From NCBI GenBank assembly GCA_051362555.1, contig CM120644.1, positions 16,142,534-16,206,533 of the forward strand: a stretch of DNA of 64,000 bases, read 5' to 3'. Made by a program: the position numbers and the translations under genes. The DNA is from Lingula anatina. Lineage: Eukaryota; Animalia; Brachiopoda. Of the stretch, positions 14,101 to 29,100 are shown piece after piece. Under the pieces are notes generated by a model. That model ran no database searches, was not told the origin of the DNA, and worked only from the letters and a program-made list of their open reading frames with translations. Each line of letters opens with the position of its first letter. The stretch's first letter is position 1.

Positions 14101-17100
14101 TGTGTGTGTCACTGGTGTTATTCAAATGTTCACTTTTTTGTGAAATGACACATACCATATGACATGCCATAAGCCTGGTTACTGTGTCAAAATATCCTTT
14201 AATTTATATTGATATTTTTGTTTTCCAACATGATAAACATGACTGTACATTAAATGGTTAAAAATAAATGGATAATTTTTTGACAGAGAATCAATACATA
14301 ACAAAAGTTAAAATCAAAGAAATAAAAAAGGATGTTATCAGCTAGTGCAACAAATTGGAGCAAACAATAACATATTGAATAAAAGAAATAAAAAGAAAAT
14401 AAATAAGATATTTGTGCATGAAAACTTACATGTGTACATAGTAGGTGTGATGTTTATAACTTGGGTAACAGGGGTAGGTGGAGGTTCTAGAATAAATGTG
14501 CAGCAAATAAATAATAAAAATAAGCAGAAAGAAAGCTACAAATAAACGTCATAAACAAGGATCCATTTGAAGTGATTAAACCATAATTGTGAAAATTTTG
14601 TTTTTGAGAAAAAAATAAGATCTGTGATTGTTTGATCTTTCAGATTTGAAAATGTGATATGAAAAGATAAGGACTGCTGCAGCAGCTCTGCTTATTTATT
14701 TTAAGGATTTAGGTTTTAAGAGTGAACAAATCAAAATCTAAAACATGCCAAATATTATCATCATCATGAAAAGTATCTGCTAGAATAATTTTTCTAACAC
14801 TTGTATTCATGTATTAAATATTCTAGTAATCAATCACTTCAAATGGTACCAAATTGTGCATAAAATAATAATATAAATGAAAGTTGCTTAAAAGACAAAA
14901 TAAAGCAAACATAAACATGGTGGTGCAATGTGCAAAACAAGTGGAACATATCAGTGTGAAAAAATAAAACTATCGACTGAAAATAAAGGTGGGGTGAGTG
15001 TGCTCAAGGTCGTGACCTTGACCCATGTTTGACCCTGACCCTACGACGACCTACCCACAGTGATTGGTGTTGGATAACTGGGTCCAGCAGGTGTAGTATA
15101 TTCATCTAAGAAAAGTTTACGTGAATTTAAGTTTAAACTAAACCTATCCTTATAAAACAAAAGAATAATATATAAATTGCTTCATGCATACACTGTTACA
15201 TGTATGACTAAAATTACTTATGCCAAATACAATTGATGTAAATAAATGTACTATATTTCTTTCACTACAGTTAACAAAAAAAAAAATAGTCTCATATTTG
15301 TATTGTGATATAGTATTTTTTTCTGACTGTATTGCTTTTAGACCAAAAATTCAATTTTGTCCAAAGATAATATTAGTGATTAAAAACACTACTGAATCTC
15401 AAACTTAGCGTCAATATTACTTGACAATGTGACATCTTGGGTCATAGTTTTCCTTTTGGGGTCAGTATGGTTCCACTGGGTTCGTATGGATTGAGAATCT
15501 TTACAAAATAAAGATAATTACCAATAACCCTGCCTTTTGACCTGGATTTGACCTTGATATCATATGACCTTGATATCATTACAAACCATGCATCCAACAG
15601 TCAGAGTACCCATTATATGAACAACACCAAAAAATGTTAAACGTGAAAAGTAGCATCATTCTTACTTGTATCTTCTCCTGTTGGCAGAGATGGCTTACTG
15701 GAGGTGGTGGTGGGTTTGGTGGGTTGACCAGTGGTCACTGGAAAAAAAACACCAATTAAGTGGAATTAAAATTTACTTCAATGCTCACCAATTGCTTTTG
15801 GAAAAAAATAAAAGTATAAAAGAAATGACATGAAAATAAAAAGGCATATACAGTGGAGAAAAAAAGAAAAAACAAAACCATTATCACGTGCATTATCTAT
15901 GTACACTTGTAAAGTGCAAAAAAAAGTCAAGAATGACATGAAAAAAAATGTTTGGACTTTAAAATATTGCAAAACAAAATGCTGATGTACAGAAAAAGCT
16001 GGACAAAAAGTTAGGATGTTTAAAAAATCTACATGCAATTAAAACCTATATATTTCTTTATAGGTCAGGGCATTTGTGACTAATAAACAGAATATTTAAA
16101 GATGAAGAAGAATAGAAACTTGGAGCAAAAACATTCAATGCAATACCATATAATCTATAATTGCATATAAATGCCAACTTGTATTTATTAAAAATATAAA
16201 TGTAATTGAAAAATTATAGAAAAATTGACATACTTGTTGGAGAAGGTGTGTAGCAGCCATGGAGTTCGAAACGCAGACCATAGCCTTCGCGACCTGGGTG
16301 CATTGGCATGATACGGAAGTAACGAGCGTTGACCGGAGTGGACAGGATATTGCGGACTGGTGTCTCGCTATCCTCGTTACCCTCAAATATCTGGAGTATA
16401 AAGAACCGTTTTTTAATGTTTGTGAAATAATTTTTCATTGTTGCTTGTGTAAAGAAGGTTGAAATGTTACTATTCTAAAATGTTTATTCTATCTTTATCA
16501 AAGAGAAATAAATAAGTCAATTACATGACATGCACACGACTCATCAAGGCACAATGTACACCTTTCATCTAAAGCACACATTGTCTATATATATATTACA
16601 TACATTTTGTCTACTATTTTTAAATGCATCACATTCCTTTCAGATTTCACATATGTATTATTATATATTTTTCTATTAAATGATTCATGGTTTCAAGCTA
16701 TTGTAATGTTTTTGTTTAGTTTTTGATGCCCTTCAGATAGGAGTGAAACATATATCAGTTTGAATTTCAAAAAAAATTATAGTCCAAATATGTGATTGTC
16801 ATAACTATCAACATCACTAAATGTATTATTATATTGTTTAAGCTTTCCATTTACCTTAGCCAAGCCATTCTCGGTGTACAGAGTCCATGTCTTGCCATCA
16901 GTGGAATACTCAAACTGATACACCACAGTGAAAGCTGGGAAGCTGTGTACTCCCTGGGTGGAAATTCCAGTCACTTCTACAACCTTCTGCATGTCCACCA
17001 CGATCCATGGGCGCCTGTCGTTCTTTGCTGGCCTCCAGCCTCCTTCTCCATGGCTTGTGCTCTGTGCACCGAAGCGGGCACGTGCAGCCTCGAAACGTGG

Positions 17101-20100
17101 CAGCTCGGAAGAAGCGGTGATCTGGCTGTCGCCGATCAATCCGGAGGTCATGCCCATTGGTTTGTCGCACTGTCCTGCAGGTGCTGGGAATATTGTAATG
17201 CATGGTAAGTATGGTAATAAATTTTCAAATGCCTTAATTTGCTAATATTTTAATTTTTTTAAAACAATTTTAAGCATTTTCAAAGACTTGAAAAAAAAAG
17301 ACAACAAATTTTTCAGAACTTTCTAATCATCTCTGAAAAATATTACTGACGGAACATTTTTTAAAAGTAAATAAACAATGTAATCCACCAACAAATGCAC
17401 TTATTGCAGCCACACAATCCAAAATAAATCCAAATCCAAATAAATGCATAAATTTTGCGTTAAAAAAATGTTTTTTGAATCTCCATAAAAGCATCAAGTA
17501 TGAACACTTACTAGTAGCCACAGTTGGCACAGTTGGTCTGGTAGTGGATTCAGCAGTTGGTTCGTAGCAACCGTGGATCTCCACTCTCATGCCAATGGCA
17601 TTCTGCCAGTCTGTGGGCTTGATACGGATGAAGCGGGCCCTGATGCCTCTGTCGAACCAGTTGGTAACTTGGCTCTCGCTGTCAGTGTTGGCAGCAAAGT
17701 TCTGTAACAGGTAAAATTATAACACTTTATTTTTGGTTTATGTCAAACTCAAAAAACAGGTTTATAGAACACAATTTCCTTGTGATGCAGAGCAAATTGT
17801 TGAAAGTTTCAGGACTTCTTAATTTTTTTGCCATATTAAGAAATAATGAGGTATTTTTAAGATTTCTAATTTGCAGGGGTTGTACTATTTCTCATGCCTT
17901 TGCTGGGAGATGGCAGAGTAGATGAAATGTGCATTTGTACAATATCATTGCAGATTTACTAAACTAATTTACTATTTTACATAATATCATAAAACAAAAA
18001 CCCACCACAAGCTGTCCATTAACCTTGTATGGCAACCAGATCTTTCCATCTGTGGAGAACTCAACTTCGTAACTTCTCACAAACATTGGCAGACCGTAGC
18101 GTCCCTGGGTGGTGATTCCAGTCAAGGTACGTGGGGCAAGGAAGTCGATCTGGATCCATTCTCCGTATCTGCTCTGAGCTGGCATCCATCCACCGCTGCC
18201 ATTACTGTCATCCTTGGTGGTCAGACGGCTGCGGCTTCCACCGAAGCGATCAGACATCTGAGAGCTGACGGTGATCTGGCTGTCGCTAACAAAACTCTTC
18301 TGTCCTGGCTGCATGCCCATCTTTTCCTTGCACAGCTCCATAGGTGGCACTGGTGGTGTCACCCCTGGGGTACTGGCAGGTGCTGGAGTGGATTTGGGGG
18401 TTGGCTCTTCGCGTCCTGGAATCTTAGGAGTTGGCGTTGGTGTGAGGTCAACAGATGGTGTTGCAGAGGGTGTTGGGTATTTCTGACCAGGTGTCTGAGT
18501 GGGTTCTTCACCACCAGATGGTGTTGAGGATGGCGTTGGGTATTTACTGCCAGGTGTTTGTGTTGGTGTTGGTTCCTCACCACCAGGCTGTGATGGGGTT
18601 GGTGATGGTGTTGCACCCACAGATGGTGTTGGTTCTTTGCCTGGTTTTGGCGTACTCTCGGATGGAGCAGGTGTGGGCTCGAAGCATCCTTGGATTTCGA
18701 TTCTCATGCCAATTCCATTGACCCAAGAGAGAGGATGGATACGGATGTACTTAGCCTCGATGGCATTCTCAAAGAAGTTCCTCTTTGGTGTTTCAGGCTC
18801 GTTGTTTCCACTGAATACCTGTATTATAATATTGAAAAATTTCTTTTCAATTCAAAACTAAATGTATTTCTAACATATCTATACATAACTAATAACACAT
18901 ATTTTGTGGATTTTATGATAAATATAATTAAAAACAAAATAGAAAAAAGTTTATATACAACTTTTATTTTATTAAGTTAGAATCAACTGTTTTTGCTTGC
19001 ATGTTTTTTTTTTTTTTATTTTTACAAACAGCTTTCTTTGAAACTGTGCTCTTGAATTATTCTGTACAGAAACCCTTCAGGTGCATGTATTTTTTAACAA
19101 AGCACTAACTAAAACTGCTGATCAGAAATATTTTAAGCAGAATACTTCAGCAAAACAATTCTCAACTGATAAATGATACTGACCTTGACCTGTCCAGTGC
19201 TGTCAGTGACATGTGTCCAGGTGGCTCCATCTACAGAGTAGGTGACAGTGTACGACTGCACAAACTCTGGTCCCTGGAAGCGTCCCTGTGTAGTGACACC
19301 AGTCAGGATGCTTGGTTTGTAGAAAGCGACCTGTGAATGCAGGCATAAAAAGAATGAAATGTATTATATGAGAGGGCATGGTGCTTACACATGTACATTA
19401 ACATTAACTTTCTGGACCTGTTAGGATTCTTTGCATTTGTCTGCTCATCAGAATAACGTTTGAGACATACCATAACTCAAGCTGTAAGATGACAAATTAT
19501 GCAGATATAGTCTACAGTATTTAGTTAATAATAGAGATCAAGTGACCAGAGTCCAGTATCCACTCACCTGGAGCCATTGTTTCTGGTCATTCACACGTGG
19601 TGACCAGCCACCATAGCCCTTGGTGTCATCAACCTGGTAGAGGCGAGCACGCTGGGCGCCGTGATATGAGTCGCGCTCAGAGGATGCGGACAGCATGCCA
19701 TCGACGATGAATCCATTGCTGACTCCCATTTCCTCAGTGCAGACCGGTACTGAAAGTGAAACATTTTTCAATTTCTTCGTGAAATTCAGTCAGTGAAAGG
19801 ATCCATCAAAGTGCACTTTTGTAAATTATCAATCTTAAAGAACCTCTAAAAGATAACGTGTGTACTGTGATGTTGTTCAAAATCTGTGAGGCATTACCGT
19901 ACACACTTACCCAGAGTTGTGGATGGATACAGTGTTGGTGTTGGTCCAGCAGTTGGAGATGGTGTTGGGTACATAGGTGGCTTAGCTATAAGATGCAAAA
20001 GGATTAATAATTGGTATATGTATGTCGGTTTTATTAATGTCAAAAGCATGGGTGAACATTGTAAACAATGAAAATGTAGCTTGTGTTTAAACCATGTGCA

Positions 20101-23100
20101 TACATACATACATACATGGTACAGTTACACCAGATGACAAAGTATGATTATTATGCAAAACATAAAGGATTACCTTTTGACTAAAGAAATAAACAATCAC
20201 CCCTATACACCATATTATACTTACTTCTGCATCCCAACAACTCGACGCGAAGGGCAATGTGTTGGTTCCAGTCCTTGGGCTGCACACGCACGTAGCGGGC
20301 ACGGAATGGAACGAACTTGTGCAGTACTTTCTTGTCTCCATCGAAGTTGCCACTGAACAGCTAGAAAATAATAACAATACTAATTATAATAATCTGAAGA
20401 ATAAGAACATAGATGCTTGTATATCAGAGGGTTGTGAAAACCAGATCTTAGTATTACAAAATATGAGAAATAGAGATCCACAGTGTCATGATAATATGGA
20501 CATGAGGCCTGCCTACCATAAAATTTCTCAATAAATAGGTGCTTCAAGTATATATATATATATATTTCACTGTGTTACTTTTCTGTACCTTTGGTGTGTC
20601 TGGTTTCTCTTCATAACGGATGAAGTTCACGCCATCAGTGGAGTACAGTACATAGTAAGTCTTCACATATTGGTTATGACCTTCACGACCTTGAGTCACA
20701 ATACCCTCAATTGTCTGCTCATGACCCAAATCAATCTGGAGCCACTGGCGTTCATTGTTGCTCTTGGCCAACCATGCACCTTTGCGTGATGCGGTCTCCT
20801 TGGTGTTAAGACGGGATCTGTCGGGGCCAGATCTGAAGTCAGCGGCAGACGAGGCAGTGAGACTTGAGTCTGGAACTGGGAAGAGGTTGTTGGCGACCAT
20901 GTCCTGCTCACAGCGTTTCACTCCTGGTTCTAAAAATGAGTGAGATGAAAGAAAAATTGTAAATAAGTTGAAAACAAGATGTCAACTGGCTAAAAAAAAT
21001 GAGTCTAAAATTGATTTATGGCTTATCATAGGCACTCTGGAAACAATATATATGATATGTGTTTAGGTTGTGTGTGTGTTCACATCCAGGTTCTAGAATC
21101 TGTATGTTTCAAAGATTGCAGAACACAGCAGTAAAGTATAACATGACAATTTATAACAAACATTTTGAATGACAACAAGTGTAATATCACACATCCAGTT
21201 GAGATGACATAACTTTTTCTATTTTATTCTCCTTCTTAATTGGTTAAATGATATAAAAATAAGGTCTTCTCATAAGTTGTCAGAAATCAGTGATGACACA
21301 AGACTGGCATTGTTAGAACTTCTTAAATCCAGTAAAAATAATTAGAAAAAAACCATGTCTATGTATTTAAATCTCTCTCATGTCCCCTACCTGGTACAGA
21401 TGGGCTTGGTGTAGGTACAGACACAATGACAATGGTGCTGCTTGGGGTTGGAACTCTTGTATGGCCTGGCGTTGGAGTTGGTGTTGGTTCCTCTCCAGAC
21501 TTGGGGGTGGATGGTGTTGGTTCCTCTCCAGACTTGGGGGTGGATGGTGTTGGTTCCTCTCCAGACTTGGGGGTGGATGGTGTTGGTTCCTCTCCAGACT
21601 TGGGGGTGGATGGTGTTGGTTCCTCTCCAGACTTGGGGGTGGATGGTGTTGGTGTCTCCATTCCTGGCTTTGGTGTCTTTCCTGGTGTTGGAACACTCTC
21701 AGATGGAGATGGTTTTGGACCTCCAAGAGTTGGTGTTGGCTCTGGTCCACTTGGGGTCTTGTCGGTTGGTTTTGGAGAGAGAGTTGGTTTCTGACTTGGT
21801 CCAGGTGTTGGCTGCTTCGTAGACACTGGTGGTGAAACAGTCTCCAGAAGGTCTGGTTTAGGAGATGGTGTTGATGAACCTTCAGATGGAGTTGGTTCTG
21901 GACCTCCAAGAGTTGGTGTTGGTTCTCCACTTGGTGTCTTGTGGGTTGGTTTTGGAGAGGCAGTTGGTTTCTCGCTTGGTCCAGGTGTTGGCTGCTTCTG
22001 AGTAACTGGTGACACAGGAGATGGTGTTGGTGAAGCCTCAGATGGTGTAGGCTCACCAGCAGTTGGCGTAGGCTGAGGTCCACCCACAAGAGATGGTGTC
22101 TTCTCAGAGGCAGTTGGAGAAGGTGTAGGCTCCTTGCCTGGAGTTGGTGTCTTGCCAATGCTGGGTGTTTTGCCTACTGTTGGTTTTGGAGTTGGTGAGC
22201 TTGTGGACTTCGGCTGAGCTGTAAAATAATTGATAAAAATAACCAAGGGAAGCACAAATGGCATCATTCAGGAAATATGCCTGTAGTTTTAAGTCAAATC
22301 AATCTAAATAGGTATATTGTTCAATATTCAAATCCCTTACTGTATCCATGGCTAGCAATATATGATTTTCTAAAACAATAATGCTGCAGATTAATTCCAT
22401 AAAAGACAAATGACAGACACAGTAAATACAGTACTACTGATAATTGTTATTATGATTTCAGTTACATAAAAAAAAAAAAAAAAAAAAATGAGCGAGAGCC
22501 AAGAAAAAACAAAATTAACACTTACGTGAGCATTCGCAGAAGTATCTGATCTTGAAGTCACCGCAGTTGAATTTTCCAGCATCCATGTTCTCCTTATTAC
22601 TGCAGTACAATCCTTTCTCTAAACTGCAGGCACCTTCCAAGCTCATGTCTTCCCAGGGGGTATCCAAGGGCTCAGGGTCAGCAGTGCGACACTCAATGCT
22701 TGTCAGGCGGCCATTCATACAGAACTGCATCTGGGCTCTCAACTCTTCCAGGGTCATCTTTTCATAGTCACCATTGGAGCTGTATCCTTCATAGTTGTTA
22801 ATCCATGGAGACCAGTAAGCACATGTGGGTTCTGGAGTTGGGATCTTGCTGGTCAGGTATGGTGGGATCTTTGTGATGGTTGATGGAGAAGGTGATGGTT
22901 CACCCTGTGGTGTTGTTTTGCGTTCTTCTGGCTTCTTGGTTGATGGTTCTGGTGAAGGAGTTGGCTCACCTGGTCTTCTAGTTGGTGGAACTGATGTCTC
23001 ACCCTCTGGTGTTGGGGCAGGTGTTGGTCCACCTGGTATTTTAGATATTGGGACTGGTGTCTCACCCTCTGGTGTTGGGGAAGGTGTTGGTCCACCTGGT

Positions 23101-26100
23101 ATCTTTGTTGTTGGAACTGGTTTCTCAGTCTCTGGTGTTGGGGAAGGTATTGGCCCACCTGGTCTCTTAGATGTTGGAACTGGTGTCTGACCCTCTGGTG
23201 TTGGAGGTGTTTCACCAAAAGGCACCTTTGTTGTTGGTCTTGGTACCTCACTACTTTTGCCTGGTGTTGGTGTTGGTTCTCCAGGTTGACCTGGTGTTGG
23301 AGAAGGAGTTGACTGGCCTTTAATTGGTGGCACTGGTGTTGACTCACCAATGGGCAGTCTGGTAGTAGGCACTGGGGATCCAGATTCTGGTGTTGTAACC
23401 TTTGGAACTGGGGTCTTCTCACTTGGTGTTGGCTTACCAAAAGGCTCTCCAGGAGTGCTTGGATGAGGTACCCCTGGGGTGCTTGGTTTTGGAGAAGGTG
23501 TTGGTTGGCCAGGTGTGCTTGGCTGAGGAATCTTAGAGCTTGGTGCAGGTGATGCAGTTGGCTCTCCTGCTGGTCTCTTACTAGTTGGTTCCGGTGTCTG
23601 TCCAGTTTCACTTGGTGTTGGTGAAGGTGTAGGCTGGCCTGGCTTGCCTGGTGTAGGTGAAGGAGTGGGTTCAACACCTGGTTTTGCAGAGGTTGGGACT
23701 GGTGTCTTACCAGACTCACTTGGTGTTGGGGATGGTGTCTCACCACTTGGCTTAGTAGGAGAAGGAGTGGATTCAACACCTGGTTTTGCAGAGGTTGGGA
23801 CTGGTGTCTTACCAGACTCACTTGGTGTTGGGGATGGTGTCTCACCACTTGGCTGAGTAGGTGAAGGAGTGGATTCAACACCTGGTTTTGCAGAGGTTGG
23901 GACTGGTGTCTTACCAGACTCACTTGGTGTTGGGAATGGCGTCTCACCACTTGGCTTAGTAGGTCCTGGTGTTGGCTTGACAGGTGGACTGGCAGTTGGA
24001 GTGCCTGGCACCTCTGCAGATGGAGATGGAGATGGGGTTGGTGCACTGCACACCTGTCCCTTTGGCTCACAGAACACACGGATCTCATAGTCATAACATT
24101 CCTTCATTCCCATCTGCCTGTCATTGGAGCACAAAAGACCATTGTATTTGAGGTCACACATCACATCAGTGTTGTCAGTCTTGTCATAAGGCATGTTGGT
24201 GCCCTCACGACGACACTCAATAGCAGTGATGTCCTCCTTCTCACAGTATTTGTTGTCATCCAAGAGATCAGAGATCAGCTCAAACTCTCCACGATATTCT
24301 GGCTGGTGTCCATTATACCATGGGGTCCATCCACAGAGGGTAGGAGTACCAGTGCTTGGGCCGGCAGATGGTGTTGGCTGGCCAGATGTACCTGTTGGAG
24401 GTACCTTTGTGGGCTCTGGCTTTGGAGATGGTGTTGACTGGCCAGTGGTACCTGATGGAGGTACTTCTGTGGGCTCTGGCTTTGGAGATGGTGTTGGCTG
24501 GGCAGAGGTACCTGATGGAGGTACTTTTGTGGACACTGGTTTTGGAGATGGTGTTGGTTGCCCAGGAGTGCTAGGCTGAGGCACTTTAGTGCTAGGTTCT
24601 GGTTTACTAGTTGTTGGTCTTGGTGATTCTCCACTCTTGCTTGGGGTTGGAGTTTCTGGCTGAGCTGGTGTTGGTCCTTCAGTTGGTTCAACAGCTGGAG
24701 TCTTGGAGGTTGGCTCTGGTTTCTGAGTAGGTTCTGGTGTAGGAGATGGCTTTGGCTTCTTCGAGGTTGGTTTTGGTGCCTCTGCCCCCTGGGTTGGTTT
24801 AGGTGTGGGTCCAGAGCTGAGAGTTGGTGATGGAGATTTTGGCTGGCCTGGTGTTGGAGTCTCAGTTGGTGCGGTCTTAGATGGGGTTGGCTGCCTGCCT
24901 GGTGTCACATGTGGAGACACAGTCTCGATAGGATGTCCTGGGGTGGATGGTGTTGGAGGCTGCTCGACTGCAGTGGTGGGTTTGGCCACTGGTTTGGGGC
25001 AGGAACAATACATACGGACTTCGTAATCGTAACATACACTCTGGTCAGGTAAACCTGGAACCATCTGGTCGATGTTGCGACAAGCAAATCCAGTCTGGGT
25101 GTCACACTTCAGATTCATCTGTCCTGTGCTATCGAAGCTTGTCACCTTACCCAAGTCAGCAGGATTGGCAGTTCTGCATTCAATCTTGGTGACGACCATA
25201 CCCTGTTTGTTACAGAAGTTGTAAGTTTGACGGATAAACTGGATATTTTCGTAATCACCATCGCTGTTCTTTGGACTATTGCTGTTGAACCAGCCAGACC
25301 ACATGTCACACTTCACTGGTGCTGTGCTTGGTGTAGGCTTGGGTGTTGGTTTTTCAACCAAAGGTGGAGTCACAGTGACCTTGCTTGGTGTCTTAGATGC
25401 ATCAACTGGTGGGGATGGTGTTGGCTCACCAGTTGGTTTCAAAGTAGGTGTGCCTGGCAACTTAGAGGGTTCAGGTGTTGGGGTACCAGATGTTTTTGTT
25501 GGTGGCACTACAGTCTTCTCAGACACTGGTCCTGGGGATGGTGTCGGTTCTCCGCTCTTAGATGGAGGCGTTGGCTGACCTGGGGTTGGAGAAGGTGTTG
25601 GCTCTCCAATCTTACGTGTAGGTGTTGACTGACCTGCTGTTGGGGAAGGTGTTGGTTTTCCTGGTTTTCCTGGCGTTGGTGTTCCCTCACCTGCGGGGGG
25701 AGATGGTGTTGGCTCTCCAGTCTCAGATGTAGGTGTTGACTGACCTGCTGTTGGAGATGGTGTTGGTTCTCCTTGTTTTTCTGGCATTGGTGTTTTCTCG
25801 CCTGGGGTTGGAGATGGTGTTGGCTTTCCTCCAGTGGTCACAGTGGGTGTTCCCTGGCCAGCGGATGGAGATGGTGTTGGCTCTACACTCACTGGTTTGC
25901 CTGGAGTTGGGGTTGGTTGACCTTCCTTGCCTGGTGTTGGAGATGGTGTTGACTGACCACTAATTGGTTTGCCTGGGGTAGGGGTAGGAGTTGCCTCTGG
26001 TCCCGTTCCTGGGGTTGCAGATGGTGTCTCACCAATAGATGGTGTTGCAGATGGAGATGGTGTCTTCTGCACAGGTGTTGGAGATGGTGTCTTGCCTATA

Positions 26101-29100
26101 GATGGTGTTGCAGATGGTGTTGGTCCCTTCACAGGAGATGGTGTCTTCTGCCCTGGTGATGGTGATGGTGTCTCACCAATACCGGGTGATGGAGATGGTG
26201 TTGGACCCATGCCTGGAGTTGGTGTAATCTTTGGCACACGTGGAGTAGCAGTTGGTGTCTCCTGTCCAACATGTGGGGTGGGTGATGGTGTTGGAGCTGG
26301 TCCCTTCGTTGGTCCTACTGTTGGTGTTACGGCCTTTGCAGTGGAAGTAGGGGCTGGTGTTGGGCAAGCACAGAAGAACCTGACTTCATAGTCGTAGCAG
26401 CCTCCTGGGTTGTCAGCATTCAAACACTGCAGACCGTTGACCATATCACATGTGCCGACCTGCTTTGTGTCAGCCAAGGATTCAGATCCGCCACGGACTT
26501 TGCATTCAATACGGACTGGGTTCATGCAGAACTTGTTTGTGGCACGGATGCCAGAAATACCCTCAACGTCACCTGGGGCGGACTCTGGAGAGTCGACACT
26601 GATCCAGCTTGTCCATCCACATGGGTGTTCCTTAACTGTCTCAGGGGTTGTCTTAAAAGCAATAAATAATTATCATAAAATAATTTTAAAAAAATAGTTA
26701 ACTTAAATGATAAAAACTAATGCTTGAATTTAAAGGACATTAGAAAAGATAAAACTTCTATAAAGCATGTTTTTTAAAATTAGTAAAAGAAAATGGAATA
26801 AAAATGTTGTTTTAAAAAATGACGCTCTTGAAAAGTGATCTCTAAGATCAACAATGCTAATTTCGAGAATTTTCTTTTACCTTATTTCACAAAATATAAC
26901 ATAACTTTTCACTTTCTTTTTTATCTTTTTGTACACAAACCCTCCTGAAGTCAGTTGTCACACTTTAAATGTCATATTAACATATTGTGGAATCCAACGA
27001 TAATGGAGATACAACCACTTTAAAATATCCTGACAAATATTTTCTTTTATTTCATCCAGAAATGGAATCATTAAATACCTTAGATGTTGGAGGCTCAAAG
27101 GTTGGTGGTTTGTGTGTTCCACACGTCTCATCCTCAACACATACAATCTTAGTTCCCATACAGGTACATTTAGTGCACTTCTCTTGTGGGTGCTCCCAAA
27201 CATCTCCATACTGAATGAAACAAGAAAGATAATTTTATGATCTCCTAATTCTATATCAATTATGGGATCTTTTTCATGCACGCATTCAACTCATATGTTT
27301 GTTTCAGACTAGATGTATTTAAGATATAATTTTTCAATTCAGAACTTAGCACTCATGTGGTTCATGCGCTATATAAAATATCTACTATTTACTGATTTAT
27401 GAAATAGGGCACCAGCACATTTATACAATGGATGCTACATTTGACAAAATGTGTTTCATCTACTACACAATGTGCACAAACCATATCAATCATTATTTTC
27501 ACACTAGCATCCTTAACACTGACCCTATTCCAGATACCAATAAACCAGATACAAGGCCCATGACATTTTAGAAATCTATTCAGCAACTGGTCAACTTTTC
27601 ACCTTGCAACAGTAGATTTTTTAACCCTGGTGATCTGAAAGACCAGTAAGCTAAACCATTTTTTCGGACTGTCACTTACCTTAGCTGGAGTTCCATCAGG
27701 CTTCATGCACGTGCATTCCTTCTCCTCCACGCATTTATCTCCATCCTGTGACAGACGTGGGGCAGAGCACTCCACGGGAGGTCTGCATGCTGGCACGCAC
27801 TTAGTTGGATCCTTAGGCAGGCAGCGTCCCTTCTCCTTCATGATTTTGTCCTTCATGTAGTGGCACATCTGGTCACATTTGTAGGCACAGGAGTCCCACA
27901 TCATGCCTGGCACGCAGACAGCTGTAAAAACACAGGGGTTGGGGTGTGTAAAGAATGATACTCAAGTTAACTAGTAGGATATGATTTATTAAGAGGATAT
28001 GATTTTTTGACAAATGTGCAAAGAATTGATACTATTGCAATTTATTCAATTGTTGAATTAGAGTCAGTGCCAAAATAAGTTGAAAGCATCTGATATAAAG
28101 ACTTTTGTTAAATGTTCAAGAAATTTTTATTTTATAGGTGAAAAATAGTCCTTCCTAATTGAATCAGTAACTTATTCATCAAAAACTGTTTACTTAAATG
28201 TTACAAAATAAGAAACACATTTAAATACCAACGGCCTTCATTGAATAGTTCAGTTTCTCAACCAAACTAAGAAAGCAAATCACCATAATGTTCTTGTTGA
28301 ACATGTATATAATGCTTAGGTCATAGTCATTGCAAGTGAACTTTCAGCAAAAATAAATAACTTTAAATAAATAAATAAAATAAAATAAAACAAAATAAAA
28401 AGAATACATGATTTTGGACTTATGAAATAAAAAAAGATGAAGGAATGGCTCAGTGGCATCACAACTAGGGGTCTAGAGACTATTTAAGTTGGAAAAGACC
28501 AGAATATTTTTTTCTGATTTAAAATTTAAAAATACCTGTCAGAAACAGGTTGATGAATAAAAATAATGCTCACGTGTAGATACGGGTGTGGGTGATCTGG
28601 ATGGAGTGGCACTTGGAGCCAGAGATGGGGTGACTTTCTTGGTTGTTGGAGATGCAGTTGGTGTGCCTTCTGAAATTTATAAAGAATTTGAGCTAAATGA
28701 TTCTGTAATTTACATACCTATTCACAGAGTTTGTCATATGCAATGTTAAAGCAACCATAAAATGATATTCTCACTAGTTTGCATTCCAAAAAAGATTTCA
28801 ATATCTAATTTAAAAGAGTACTTATTGACAGATTGCAATTTTGTTGACTAATTAAATTGCAAACAGATTGACATACTTCTTACTCTTGGACCAGGTATAT
28901 TAAATTCTATTAAATGTCATGTTATATTCCAAAAATATTCAAAAATGTGTTTTAGACAAGGCAATAAAATAGGCCTTATATACAAAGCAATACTAAAGTT
29001 TACTTACCACACTTATCATCCCAACAAAGCACACGTACTTCATAGTCAAAGCACTGTCCGCCATCTTGTTCCTGGTTGAAGCAACGCAGACCGTTGTAAA

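Noticed and set aside
21480-21653. 33-bp direct repeats superficially like a CRISPR array
   Set aside because: No spacers, the repeat is protein-coding, and the context is eukaryotic
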